DNA of 64,000 nt from the NCBI GenBank assembly GCA_013115145.1, contig JAAPAO010000105.1, positions 12,262 through 76,261 of the forward strand. The letters run 5' to 3'. The stretch is from Perkinsus chesapeaki ATCC PRA-425. Its lineage: Eukaryota; Protista; Perkinsozoa. Below, in pieces: positions 24,175-42,553 of the stretch (positions within the stretch are counted from its first letter, which is position 1; the number at the start of each line of letters is the position of its first letter). The notes under the pieces are model-generated. The model saw nothing but the letters and a program-made list of their open reading frames with translations, did no database searches and was not told the origin of the DNA. The translations under genes were made by a program, and so were the position numbers.

Positions 24175-25948
24175 CAGTACGCGTCATCTACAACGCGCGC
24201 TTCTTGACAACTCGGTCATTCACTAAGTACAACGAGTTTTCGATTAATTCCTTCACTGTATACCTTAGAAATACCCCTAGTTATGTAATCCAAGTTGCCG
24301 AGTCCAAACTCTCGAAATACTTGTTATGCATATTTTCGACCCTCTGCGCGCATTTTCATGCACCGTGCGCGCGGTATCACCGGCATTCAAGCACCCAAGC
24401 GATGCAACCCAACATAAGTACATCTGTTATACTGCAACATCATACGAATTATCCATGCCAGTCTACTCTAGCCATCCCATTGACGAGTTCTTGCCCCCCT
24501 CGCAGAGCTCGAATGGTACCACTGGTGGTAGTGCATCCGATGCGGAGAAAGACATAAGCTATTATCATAAGTCCACGGCCAAACCCTCCAAACGACGTAG
24601 CTCTGCTCGCCTTAAGCCCAGTACACCTACTGAGAAAGACCTTGAGCATGTCCACAACTACAATACTCGTCTCAAGCCCAATACCCCTGCACAAAAGCGC
24701 GCCTTTAACCGCAAGGACAAACCTAAACCGAAGGTGAAGAGACAGAGGTCTGTGTTGATGCCCAGGAAGAATTCTCGCCCACCTAGCAAGGCCGAGCAGT
24801 GCTTGCGCTTACAGAAGAAACAGGTGCGTGAGCAGGGGTTCGAGACCCTCTGGGAGACCTTGAAAGCTAGTAACCCTCTCGAGAGCATGTCGCTCATCAT
24901 GAAGAAGCGTCTAGCTGTCCACATTACTCTGACCCAGCTGTACGGTTATTCTGGCTGGGCATGCCGTAAAGACATAGAGGAGTTTGTGGCTGATATGCTC
25001 GAAGTAAGCCCACCCTCTGTCGCCAAGTGGTGTCGTGAATTTGAGCTCAACTTATCCCTAGAAGAAGACCGTCGTGGGAAGCACCCCAAGGTCAGAAGCC
25101 CAATATTTGACACGGAGTTCCAGCCCTTCCGGGACAGGCTTCGGGACCAGGTTCGTGAGAAGTCCATCGGGAAAGACGGGAACCCGAATATGACACTGCC
25201 TCTAAAAAGCAGGATGCGCTTGTGGAAATGCTTTCGGAGTGCGACGACTTTGCCAGTCAACAAACTCTTCTTCAAGAACAGGCTCTAGAGCGTGGAGATC
25301 GGGTTATCTACGGAGTAAAATTCCATCCAGAATTGGCTCCCATAGAAGCTGCCTACCGGTCCATCGCTAAAGCAATGAGGGTATCGAACTCCGCCAAATC
25401 TACTGCAGGATTCAAAGAAAGGGTTGAAGGCAACCAGCAGCCACCGGATCTGACGTTAGAATTGATACGGAAACACTTTCGCTCAGCAAGGGAGTATCTG
25501 CGGTACTACGCGGAAGGCTTCACTATGCAGGAGATCGAGGAGTTGCGAAAATCCCGAAGAAAGCACCGTGGTCCAGCTCCAGTACTCGGCATAGGACAAG
25601 GAGCTGCAAAGGGTGGCACTTACGATCGCCATAGACTGAATTAAACTATAATGGATTTTCTGTTATTTCTACTATTTCTTTCTCGTGATATTAGAAGCGT
25701 CTTCCTCATCACCTGTCTTGTGTTTTCTGTCATTCCTGCTGGTTAATGGACCGCGCACGGTGCATGAAAATGCGCGCAGAGGGTCGAAAATATGCATAAC
25801 AAGTATTTCGAGAGTTTGGACTCGGCAACTTGGATTACATAACTAGGGGTATTTCTAAGGTATACAGTGAAGGAATTAATCGAAAACTCGTTGTACTTAG
25901 TGAATGACCGAGTTGTCAAGAAGCGCGCGTTCTAGATGACGCGTACTG
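24175..25948 (+). mobile_element. IS630/Tc1/mariner-superfamily DNA transposon, internally deleted (1774 bp)
   Basis: 197-bp TIRs (24175-24371 and 25752-25948, one mismatch), 5'-CAGT end, TA duplicated at 24173-24174 and 25949-25950. Confidence 0.93.
24455..25644 (+). pseudogene. Truncated, frameshifted Tc1-like transposase
   Basis: HTH-like SPPSVAKWCREFE and RRGKHPK, then a frame change near 25195 into DFASQQTLLQE...VKFHPELAPIE (the terminal E motif); no segment with the first two catalytic Asp is visible. Confidence 0.8.
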
Positions 25949-27825
25949 TAACAACTCAATTAGCGCTCGTCCCTAACACGCGACATACCCCTCAAAGATA
26001 GACCCACAACCGTAAACGACAAGCAGTCAAACGGGAATGTTAAAACACTATTAGGAAATACCGACCTCATCATCTCTTTGCACCGCTCGGTAGTAGCGAG
26101 CCGCTACTCAAGACTACTGGTCCAGATCGGACAAGTTCTTGAGACAGTTTAAATCCTCCTTAAGCTTCTTCTTGAACTGAACCTCCCTTAGCTTCCTTCG
26201 CTGGCGACCACTAGTTGGCCTGGATTTATTGGTGCCATGGAAATATAGCACGAGCTGCCTGAAGTTCCGCATTCGCCGAAACAAGGAAAAAAATCCTTGG
26301 ATCAGGATGACAGCAAGTGCGCCAATCAAATGTCGTGAATGAAGAGTGAGTAGTGGTCTACTACTTACTACTACTGGAGCTCCGTACCGATAAACGCTTC
26401 TACCCAGATGGCTCAACCTCACCATAAGCCCTGCAGCGTAGTTGATAAGGTCAGGTGAAAGCGGAGCTAGTACAACTCGAGTCTGCCGTGCTGTACCCCG
26501 TGAACCGACAAGAAGCCTTACTCACGCCTCGTGGTCGACAAGCTGGAGACATGTCGTACTCATGACGACTCGTAGATGAGTTACTCATCATGTATCATCA
26601 GCATTGTACTCATCATGAGTACAATACTTCCCACAGAATACTAGCCTGTAGCTTCGGCCCCCCGTTCAGTGGGGCCCGCTGGCAAGGAGGAGGAAAGTCG
26701 GAGGTCCATCACAGGAGGCAAATGAAGAGGAACGAAGTAATGAGGAGGCATCACCGAAGGGGAGATGCCATCTCCGAGATGGAGGCTGCCCTCGATGGGG
26801 TAACTCTGTCGGCTTACGCAGCAGAGTTCATACCGAGACGGGCCGATAAAGCGAGTTATGATAACTTTTGTTATCATTATCTTGGCCCCCATAGAGGCTA
26901 ACCGACGATCTATCACCAATGGTATCGATACGAAAAGGCCAACTGCAGGAGGGCGATGGTATTAGCTTATCCCCCTCCATCAGCCGACCTTTAAGGACAT
27001 TCATCAACTCGTCTTCGATGAGGTAATCAAAGCACCGAAGTGTATCAACCTCCTACCTACCCCAAAACTTTCTGGCCATAAGTCCCGTATAAAATGGTAA
27101 GGGAACCCAGCTTACAAGTCCCAATCTGCCGGGAAAGCCGAACAGATATTCTCACACATTATGGGCCACACTGTAATCCCATGCAGAAAAGATGTTACCC
27201 GTCCGGTACTTACTAGCTCGCCAGGTGAACCTACTCACAGGGATCACTAATGCTAACGTATGAAGCGACTACATAAGCATCATCAGTAAGTTAGAACAAA
27301 ATCCCGTTATTATTTTTCACCCACAGGAGCCTATAGTTACTTAAATAAAGAGACTATGCGTGGGCGGGGCATCTTTCAATTACGGTAGCATCATATAAAC
27401 AAAGCAAAGGTTAATGTTGTTGAATTATGTGTAAGATTACCATTGAACTATTATCAGCCATACATGCACTGAAGGAAACCTTGAAGGAACTATCGCTACA
27501 ACTAACGGCTTGGCTCGTTCAACGACCGAAGTTGATATCGTTATGGCGACACCATGTCACATAAGACAGCAACTCACCACTCTTAAGCTCAAGGAGTAAG
27601 CCCACAGCAATGGCACCAGTCGGTACCAGACCGACATTAAATGATAACCTCACAGTGCGGGATATCGTGAAAGACCTGCTCACCGCTTCCCCCGAGGCCC
27701 TTCCCTCTTCAACCACGTTAAACTTATGGTGAATACTGAACACAATTGTTATCACGTCGTACAGCATCATCAACATTCTAACATGAACATAAACATCATC
27801 ATCATAAACAACATCATCACCATGT

Positions 27826-28776
27826 TCATTTCCGATCTAACTTCATCAGTTTCTTAACCTTCTCCCTCTCCTCCTCCTCCATTTTTCTCCTAACTTCTGC
27901 CCACACTTCCTCCCTAGTAGTCTCTCGGAGGCTCAAGGCTTTCAAAACGGATTCAATATCGCCCTGGTGCTTCGAGTAAAACTCACCCACCCAAAGGATT
28001 CCCTTTGTAAAACCCTCTGGCGGATTACTCGCGATGAACTTGAACAGAGCCATGCATCAGAATTCACTAGAATTTTTCTTCATTTCCTGCAACACCATCT
28101 TTGGAACATGTCCACCGAAATGATAAAATGGCCAAACACGATCCCATGGACTCCTCGATGGCCGGTACGCCCCCTTCCTCGTAGCTAAGTTTCCACTGTA
28201 GAGACATGTATCCAGCGGCGTACCTAATAATGAGGACTGAAGGGTGCCCGGATATCCTAGACTCACTCTGTTTTAAAGAACACAGCACTATCCTCCACCC
28301 CTTTCAGAAACCCGCTTGCGTGGTTCAGCATCTCATGGTCTTCTACCCGTACATGGACTTCTAATTCCAACCCTTGCCCTTTGAACAAACATTTTCCATC
28401 ACCCTTTTTGCTAACCCTCCCTGGTACCTGAGTCGATGCCAGCTCAATCTTCTGCAAAGCATATCACACTTCCCAGAAACTCGCCTCAGCATCATCATCT
28501 ATCTTCAAGTTTGCAACTGGTGCCACTCTGGAGAACTTCTGATGATGGCCCTCCTTCACCTTCTTAGATCCGCTAGATAAGTTAGCTACTTCCTTGGTGA
28601 TTCCCTTAAGTAATGTCTGATGATTACATTACCTTCTAAATGTACGAAGCTCGGCTTACCTTGATTTCCGTAACATCTGTCTCCAGTGCATCGAGCCGCC
28701 TATCAACGCTACCAACAGCTTCTTGCAGCAGGATAAAGCAGCGCAGAATAAGGACGGCTACCTTAAGGATGGCCAT
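27826..28776 (-). CDS. Secreted coiled-coil hypothetical protein, possibly a pseudogene
   Basis: MAILKVAVLILRCFILLQEAVG signal, VDRRLDALETDVTEIK/TLLKGITKEV; downstream frames interrupted by TGA at 28464-28466 and 28054-28056. Confidence 0.45.
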
Positions 28777-29138
28777 TCAGCTTTATGTATCTAACTCTCA
28801 ACTGCCGGCACGGTGCTACAAGCAATGTTACAAGAGCTGGGGTTCTCTCCCACCTTCACTTGGAAAATTTTTCTGCCCAAATACTGATGGTTTCGCCCGT
28901 ATTGGAAATCGATTATTTTGGAACATCACCGTGCTCGATTTCCTTTGCACCTCTCGATCGCCGATCTATCGCATCTCTCGGCATGATAAGATCACAACGA
29001 GCAGGTATGTGATGTTTACTCCCCCTCCCCATCCCGGCGTCCCTCCCCGTTATATAAACTAAAGCCCATCAAAGCCACGCAGTAACGAAACCTGTTGCTC
29101 GTGGTCGTCTTTGTCTCTGTTGGCAGCAATAATAGTAT

Positions 29139-32228
<3,090 letters not shown>

Positions 32229-32370
32229 AGTTGAGAAAATTTACACTCTGTCTTATTTTCATACCGACTTTTCCGCAAAACACAGAACTTTGAAGCAACA
32301 CCCTACGGTGGCAAGAAAAGCAATATCAGAAATGCTTCACCATGGTCATTAGAATATACGTCTTGCTTTA

Positions 32371-34007
<1,637 letters not shown>

Positions 34008-34383
34008 TTAAACAAGGCAAACTCTAAAACCGAACAGGATGTCTTCTGCCCCCACAAAAATGTGCGCCTCGAGGATCTATCACAAAGGAGCGGAGCTGAA
34101 ATGAAGTTGAACAGAATGCTGATTTTCCCGCTGGCTTCCAGATGTCAGTTAGTAATACCCTTGAACTCTGAGATACAGCAAACGTCCAATGACATCATAG
34201 AGCATAGAGACTTCGAACGCACCCTCAACTCAATCCCAAACAGATTTGCTTTTCTTGACAGAGTCATCGTTATTTGGGGAAGTGGTGTAAACGTACAAGC
34301 TCAGCGTAGTGGTATACAGTGGCATCTACTACTGAGACTAAGAAACTAGTTATCGTATATCGGACAAGTCGTCATCCAAGAGC

Positions 34384-37300
34384 TCAGTCATCCAAGCTCA
34401 CAACATTCTCATCGCCCGTCGGACTGGTCTCTACTGAAGGACTAGCTGCACCATTGGATACACCTAATCGACATCATTCATATCTTGCATTGTCGACATC
34501 AAGATACTACCATCAGTAGAAGGAGCAGAGTCAGGTGGTGGTGGCACGTCACTCGGTGGCTTGTCTTCTTCACTTTCACTTTCCTCACCCTCCAACTGAC
34601 AACGACAGGGATTCGTCCAATCTCACGGAGACAACCTTCGAAGCTCAATAAGCATTTCAGGTATGCCATTCCTAGGTATAAAGCCGAAGAGATTCTCAGT
34701 AAAAAAAATTCGGTAACATTTTGGATCTTTTTCCAAAAAATACTGAAATAAATTCCACTCGAAAATCTCGGCCCAGTAGCCGAAGCCTAAGCTTTCCCGA
34801 GCCTTACATCCTCATCAGGAAGGACCTCCCACCGGCCTTGCTCATCTAACCTCATCCGCTTGTTGAATGCTTCCTCCTCTTCAGAAGGCGCTGATACAAA
34901 ATACTAAAATTCTATCAGATAAGCGCGTCAGTATCGCCGCTACCAGTATCGGCATTAGCTCGAGCGTCCTTCAGTGCTTCCAGAGCGAACTTGTCCAATA
35001 CTAACTGATTCGGTCGGCAGGGTTTAGCACAAATCGGACATTGCCACCTAACGTCTAACATCACACCCCTTCCCCACCAAGCCTATGCTACCGTTTATCA
35101 ACATTGGCAGTGAGCTTATTAATATTTATATATGCTTTGGCATCGAACGTCTGTAAATGCTCGCAGTTGCACCCTAAGACAGGAGAGCTAAGACGAATGC
35201 AGGCGTAGCTATGCTACCTCTGGCGGGAAGGTCTATCTCACACAACGAGATCGGGCATCTAGTCTGAAGAATGTCATGAACTGCCCGAGTATCGATCTAG
35301 GGAAGAAGCCAATACTACAGCTACGAATTAGCATTTATTACTTGTAGATCATCGTCCTGTAATTCACGCGCCCTCTTCCGTCCAAGCCTGAGAATAGGTA
35401 TAAATCATGCCCGTCTGACCACATAGAGTTTCAGAACTGGAATGGCTATTTCAAGAGCAGGTTCGCCAGGACCATTTTTTCGGGCATGGCGGTGACTCCT
35501 TCATCAGAGTCTAGCCACAAAATCTAGGTGCCTGCTGAACCAAGCCCCCACATAACGCAGACCGCTGAACTCGATCAGGCTGGAGGTGAATCAGGTCGAA
35601 GAGGATATATTCTGAATTCTAATGATTTATCCATGATTACTGCCACCTACGAGTGTACGTGCAACCATATATATAGGAGGCTCCAAGGATATCGTCTGCT
35701 GGAGATGATTAATAAGCATATCATATCGAGTCGGTATTAATATGTTTAATAAAATAGAATTCATAATGTATTTGTAATATCCCTGTAACTTATCGAATAT
35801 CGTATTCTAGGATGACATTTCCCCTTAGCCCACGAAAAACTCCCTAACCTCGCTGATGAACCCATTTTCCCCGCCGAGCTGGGCTCTGCTCTTGATGTTG
35901 AGGAATGTCTGTGTACGTTAGAGAAGACCGTTTCGCAGATGTTGTTGTACTTGGGATGCGCATCCATTCACACGGTCATCACCGCTCTCCCAAGTGAGGC
36001 CCTCTAGGCACCTAGTTAGCCGCATTTCGTCAAGCAAGCTGCAAAATTGCGTGCAGAATGCGGCTTTTGATACTCACTGAGTATCACCCAATCAGCCGCA
36101 TTCGTTGTTGTAGCCAGTTTCATCTTGCTGGTTACTTAACTCCCAGACGACCGTCATCAGGCCGTTTTCGACTGATTTCCCGCCATAAAAAATGTGGCGG
36201 TCCACCATGTGGCGTAGGATAGTGGCTCCTCGGACATAATCCGAGTTATGGCTCGAGCCACGGCGTTGGGCTGCCCGAGACTTGATTCGCCGGATGGGGG
36301 TCCCCAACGACCAATGGTCGACAACCATCAGCTGGGTTCGTAACGATCAGAGGATTGAATCGGAAATATCAGACATCACAATTGGTATCGTTGAAAAAAA
36401 GGTTAATACACTTTTGAGGTCAAACTTCTTCAAAATTTTCTAAGGAACCCAAGCAGTTCCTATCCGGCTCACACCGAAGTTCGGTGACCGAACTTCCCAT
36501 TATTATCGTTATTACATTACAATATCCAAATCCTGTCTTCTGCATTTCTCCAAGGAGGGCTGAACTATATTTCTTAGTAAGTCCTCTGGTGAAACTTGTT
36601 TAGTAACAACAACGCCGAAGAAAAACCTGACAGCTAAACGATACCTACCAATCCCACAAGTAAATAACCAATACCGAGCTTAATACTATATATGGCAATA
36701 TCTTCACGGGATTCATACGAACCAGTGATTCATCCAACCTCGAATAGAGATGCGTTCCTCCAAGGCTGTTCCTAGTACCGACTATGACAAAGAACGTAGG
36801 CTCCTAGCGGTATAATAATTATCGTAAGCATCCCTTTTCAGAACACCCGACGGTGCTTCTTCAATTCACCATCATCCCCTCCCCGTCTACTACCTTGGCG
36901 GTTGAGATGCAGCCGATTGTGCAGCATGATTTGGGTCATATCCTGTCTTATATGTTATATGAACAACATTGTTGTTCGGTCGCAGGACATCATCAATGTA
37001 CTTACCTAACCAAACCACCATCTACCGACCCCCGCATCCCCCTCAAACCTACTCGTCACTTCTCGGCGAACATGACCATATTTCCCCGGAGATATCCGGA
37101 AAACATCCCGATAATTATTAACACTCGCCCGGAGCTCCAACGGCCACAGTGGCCCCTGGGTCACGTGACTCCTTTTATGTGCAACCGCCACACACCGAAC
37201 TGCAACGTTGTACTTCCTACAGCAACAAACCTCAGCACATTTGCCCGAGACACCTCCACTATTACTTCGCCTGCCAGTCTCTAATTTGATTGCTCGTAAC

Positions 37301-38274
37301 GTTCAACCGCATGCTCAGTGTAGACTCTATTGCGCTTGGTGCTGTCATATTACGAGCGGTGGCCACAAAGCCCAGGAGCTGAAGAGTAGGACCACATCAA
37401 GTCGGACCAACCTTCCAGGATAGACCGAGCAATAATGGTCATCAATAGTGTCAAAGAAGGGAGTGCGTCGAGAATTATAATTCTATAAGTAGCATACTGT
37501 AGTATATTTGATGATTAAATATTACATATATATGGATATTGATAATACTGAATACCATTTAAAGGAACTCTGAAAGGAATACCTCTTGGGCTTTCGGACG
37601 ACGCACATATCGTCGAAATATTCACCCTCTTGAGAAAGTTATTCAAAAAAGCATATTTTTTGGGGACACCCTGTATATTGATAATACTGAACTAAGTACC
37701 TTACAATATATACTAATGCTAGTATTATTTAGCACTACCAATACTATTACTAACTGCCCAGTATACGAAACTTAGAAGAGTCTACTAATATTTTCCACAG
37801 CCTCTATATCACCATAACGACACCCTCCCGCAGAATCCCTTTCACTACATCCAGACCAGGCTCGAATGGATCCATGTTCAACATTCGGCAAAATGGACAT
37901 ATAAAATCCGTAGCCTCAGCATCAGCTCGTACACACCTAATGAAGGTCAAATAATCCCCCCCCACACACACACACACATCCCCAAGGGACATTACTTGCA
38001 GTGGCTTTTCCGACAGCAAGACGCGCAAGTCACAAACTCGGAGTCGCCGACACCAGCGCCGCCAAAACAAATGCATTTCACCTGGAAATGTTTCGCATCC
38101 CCACATTTTCATCTTTCCTACCTGGGCGGTATTACCAACTCCAAAAGCAGCCTCCAGTCTAGCAGCTCCCGCTCCACCAGTAGTGGCATTCAACTGCTGT
38201 TGTGCAAGAGTAAGGCGACGCTGTCTCCCTGGTGCACTGGCTGACCCACCACCTAAATGCATTAGACCATCCAT
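34384..38274 (-). CDS. SIZ1: SIZ/PIAS-type SUMO E3 ligase (PHD plus SP-RING/MIZ)
   Basis: PHD CICFGG...CASCCRKSHCKCV...FICPFCRMLNMDPF; SP-RING TRCPISLCEIDLPARGCNCEHLQTFD...WQCPIC; SIM-like VVSLDD at the C-terminus. Confidence 0.82.
37553..37674. mobile_element. One-ended Tc1/mariner-like terminal fragment in a SIZ1 intron
   Basis: Ends ...TTTTGGGGACACCCTG-TA (reverse complement CAGGGTGTCCCC, a typical mariner/Tc TIR start); flanked by a 17-bp direct repeat. Confidence 0.5.
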
Positions 38275-38459
38275 CCATATTCCTTAGCCCTTCAAGTGCC
38301 ACTAAATAGCCAGTTCTCTGCCGCTGTTGAGGGAAGGTCAGATCCTACCCTCCCTATGCTCCTATCTTCATTACACTATATAATATCAGTTCAACTGGTA
38401 TACTATCGAATCAGCGACGACGTGCGAAAATTAACAAACATCGCCATGGCAAGTAAGCG

Positions 38460-41400
38460 TTATGCCTCACCAGCCCCACTGCCATGCAGTCCCTCAACTG
38501 TTGATCCTCCTCCTGCTGCTGGACCTCCTTCCAGCTGAGATCGGAGCCTCTGTGATTGGTCTTGTTGTTGCTGATACCTTAATGCATCGTTTCTACCCTC
38601 CCCAGTGTATTCCTACCTAATTTTAGCTGTAGCCATATCTTGTTTATATTGTCCACCAATAGCGAATGGTGCCACCCACTTCACACCTCTACCGTGAGGG
38701 TATTCAACCTGATGACACTTAATATGATACCCAAAACGTTATTCGTTTTTCAGCCTAATATACCAGTTCTAACTCAACTACTAAAAATTTCTACAAATCC
38801 CCATCTCTCGCGCTTTCGGTAAGACTGCCCAAGACCTTTCCAATGATTCCTCTTTCCTTTCCAAGGTTAGTGTTGAGCGATTACACTACTATCAATCATA
38901 TCTATCGATGATACATTTTCCCATCGTTTATGCTATTAACCACCAACCACTCATCTACCGTTTCGCCCAACTATTTCCAAGGCAGGCACGATTCAGACGT
39001 ACAAATTAATACACACCACTACTCATTGACATTCAAACCCCACCACCTAAGATGTTCGCGGACATGAACTACTATTATCCTTTTCATCGTCGTTTTATTA
39101 AAATTTACCAATATCTCGTATAGTCCAAGGTACACCGGTTTTGCAGTAGTACGACCATAGAAAGCATTTGACAATATCCAGGGTAGATGCGGCAACGGCA
39201 CGGCAAGTTTGTCTCCCGATATTACCTGGTACCGCTCCTTCCCATTTTCTATTTTATAGTCTAAGATCCGTACGGTAGAGGAGGACATAGGAACGAGGAT
39301 GGAGGCACAAGATAACTGATAGCTAAGATGGTATACTGCAACACAACACATATGATCAATAGAAAATACTCAAACTACTCCATGTTACCAGACACGTCAT
39401 CATATAGCCTAGTGGTAGAATTCATGCTTTGTAATCGCTCCACCCAGGTTCAATTCCCAAGTATAACAAGGTGAATCATATTAACTTCACAGCCTTCCTC
39501 AACCTCATCCATCACAGCCTCGAGTAGCCATCGAAGCACCAGAAACTTATAACCCTCAATCCAAACCAACCAGAAGAAGCAACAATACAAGTCGAGACCG
39601 TCCATGCTGACAGCCTCAAGACCCGAGGGTGCGCAGCCGGAAGAATTAAGATATCTTAGGTTAAAATAAAGATACTAGGAGACATCTCTAGAGGCTTATA
39701 AAAGAATCAGAAGGGACAGACTGCACAAAGCAAATATTTAACAGCAACCTTGTATCTGATATAGAAAAGTAGTAGCGAAGGCATTGGTGAAGATTACAAC
39801 TACGAACTTGCTCTTACACGGTCATTCAATAGTCCAATGCGTAATGGTTACGAATACCTCTCATTATATATATTAATATATTGATACTCATCCCTGTTAT
39901 GCGAACCATGGTGATGGCTGTCCTTTACGCACCAATTCGGGTTCAACATTTCTTAGCATGTGCGTCAACTATTCTGCAATTCATGCAATATAACAATTGA
40001 AAGAGCAGGCTCACTAAAACTCCTCGCAACCACAAAATTGGGCTAGAGAGCTCTAGGCAGCATCCAACCAACAAGAGATACGTCTCCCTATATATTATGC
40101 AGTATAAAAGACACATGAAATGCGGTCATCGTCCTCCTCCTCCTGTCCCGACGCTGCCCTACATCTGGGACTTCCTACTACTGCGCTCCACCGCCTCCAC
40201 TACTGCTACCACCAAAGAGTAGTGATATAACCTAAGACACTTTCAATGGAAAGGATGTCATTAACAAACTTACCGTAGTAACAATCATACAAAACATAAC
40301 CGTACTTGTCATCGAAAGGCTTGTGATCGAACTAAAGAGCGGTATGAGCAACTCCGACCCACTCCGACTCACTGGATGAAGACCGTCCACCACAGCAAAG
40401 GTGACGTATCGATACACGTCACAGAGGTATTTACCCATGTCATGCCTGATGATCGATCAACATATCCCGAAAGATAAACCCTACCAGCACATAACCAGCA
40501 AAATGAAACCGCCAACAGCAGTACTTCCAGAACAAACGCCCCTCTGAAAACGAGATAAAAAGGCGGAGCGAAGCGGACAAAATACTACTTGAAACTTTCC
40601 TCTTGGGAATAAGAATATACCAGAAATGTCGCTGGCCAGCCCAGCAAGATTCCAACTAGGCCGAAAGTTGAGCCAGGATACGCACGGCTACTACTACCTA
40701 TGGCCCAGAGGAGCAGCGGGGCGTCACAGGGAACTCCAAAGCCTCTGATGGCTGCTATGAGCAATGATCCATCGAACACCGTTAGCCCTGCCATTACACT
40801 CGGCAACCACCTATGGGGGAGAGGAGGTAGGATAGTAAGAACGTGGATATATAAGAAAAGTCAACGATAATACAACTACACAATAGGCTGCTATTACTTC
40901 GATAGTTGAACGATCAGAAGTATCTTAAAAGATACCTTATCTTCAAGCTAAGATACCTTTGATATTCAGTGTATTAAAGAGATGCTATAAATGCAATGAT
41001 GAAGCCACCAGAGCTAATAAATAGCCACTTGTGGATAGAATGCAAGCGATTAATTCCGCCTTCCTAACTACATGACGAAAACTGTGAACCTACTACCTGA
41101 CCTGTAGAAACCACCTATTGGGTTCATTCAAGGACATATGCTAAAATGCTGGACCAAGAAATGAAGCACTAGTGGTTCTATTAACTGACTCAGCTATACT
41201 AACCTCCAAATGGCACCAACGATTATGAAGGATAAGGTATAGGGATCGTTCAATAAACCGATTTTGAAATTCAGAATCGATTCCAGAACTGCTTTTTACA
41301 AGTGAAACGCGATGCTGGAATCGATTCTGAATCACAGAATTGGTTTAATGAACAATGGGATATATTTATAACTAATATAATCTAATAATCCATATAAAAT

Positions 41401-42465
41401 ATAAATTATATATCACTGAGCCTGGATAAATGTCGCCAAGTAGTAACCCTATATTACTCATAGAACTTCCTGCATCTCCCAGATAGCCTTCTCCCTATCC
41501 CTCCTTCCTCATCCTCATCCATCGGTTCCACAGTCTTCGCTATGTTAACTGCCCCACCACCATCAGAGCTGCTGGACGACGAGGATGATCTATGGGGACC
41601 TGAAAAGGATCCGAAAGTGCATCGTCTCGAGTTTGCGTCCTATCCAGTTTGGATACCATAATCAGCTTTGGTATATCCAGATGATCACCTACACGAAATT
41701 GCGATGGAAGGAATTTTCGAGAGCATTTTCCGTCGGTTCTTGCGCACACTGGAGAAGTATATTTTTCCTTTGCTGATCCGAGTTAGTCCAATCCTGGCCT
41801 CAATATAGCTGAAAATGCTATTGCAGGCAGGAGAGGGACACACACCAGTGGTGGTAGACACAGTCGACTCAAGAAGGGCATTTTACACGTGTGGAGAATT
41901 GAAATAGAAATAGGAAAATTAATGGATAAGAGAAGTTTGACTCGAACCACTGATCTGAGGGTACAAAAATAATACTATGAATTATTAAGTCTTAGTAAAT
42001 TGGAACTTAGGTACAAAATAGCAAGTTCTAGAATCGACAAGTTTACCTTCACCGAAGAAATCCGCAACGGTTTCACTTCGTTGACTCGTCTGAAAGATAC
42101 AAAATAGGTCAACTTCCGGTCTGGTGTATATTACTGATATCATGGCGGCTCCCACGAGTGGTGCCGCTGAAGGCATCATGCCTAGTTGGATAGGAACCGA
42201 TACAGGTGGCAACAGAGGATAGCTCGCCAAGACCCCAGGCTGACATATGAAGTATCTTACCAGCTTCAAGCCAAGATATCTTACATCAACCTTCCAAAAG
42301 ATATCCCATGCTTGCTGGAGGAGAACTATCCCGTCCTCCAGCCCAAGCATAAATTATATACCAACTACTTGGGCTGCCAACAAGAAGTCAAAAAGTGTTA
42401 CAGAAAAAGCGCGCGCCCGTCTAATCGATTCTAAAATAAGTACCGTGAGTGTGCCTTTGAACATT
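38460..42465 (-). CDS. Multi-exon, probably multi-pass membrane hypothetical protein (could be more than one gene)
   Basis: Series of minus-strand open exons with hydrophobic stretches (e.g. MMPSAAPLVGAAMISVIY, GAFVLEVLLLAVSFCWLCA); terminal YQQQQDQSQRLRSQLEG...GAGEA*. Confidence 0.4.
39398..39468 (+). pseudogene. Decayed tRNA-Thr(TGT)-like relic, antisense intronic
   Basis: TAGCCTAGTGGTAGAAT, TTTGTAA loop and CCAGGTTCAATTCCCA at canonical spacing over 71 nt. Confidence 0.55.
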
Positions 42466-42553
42466 ACACTGGTAATATGATTCTTATATGATACTTGTAA
42501 TGATATGAATGACCTCATTCGACCTTTATAAAGATCTTTTGACAGTTTTATAA

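Noticed and set aside
41925-41985. GTGGTTCGAGTC (minus strand) as another tRNA relic
   Set aside because: No T-stem pairing and no A-box at the right distance
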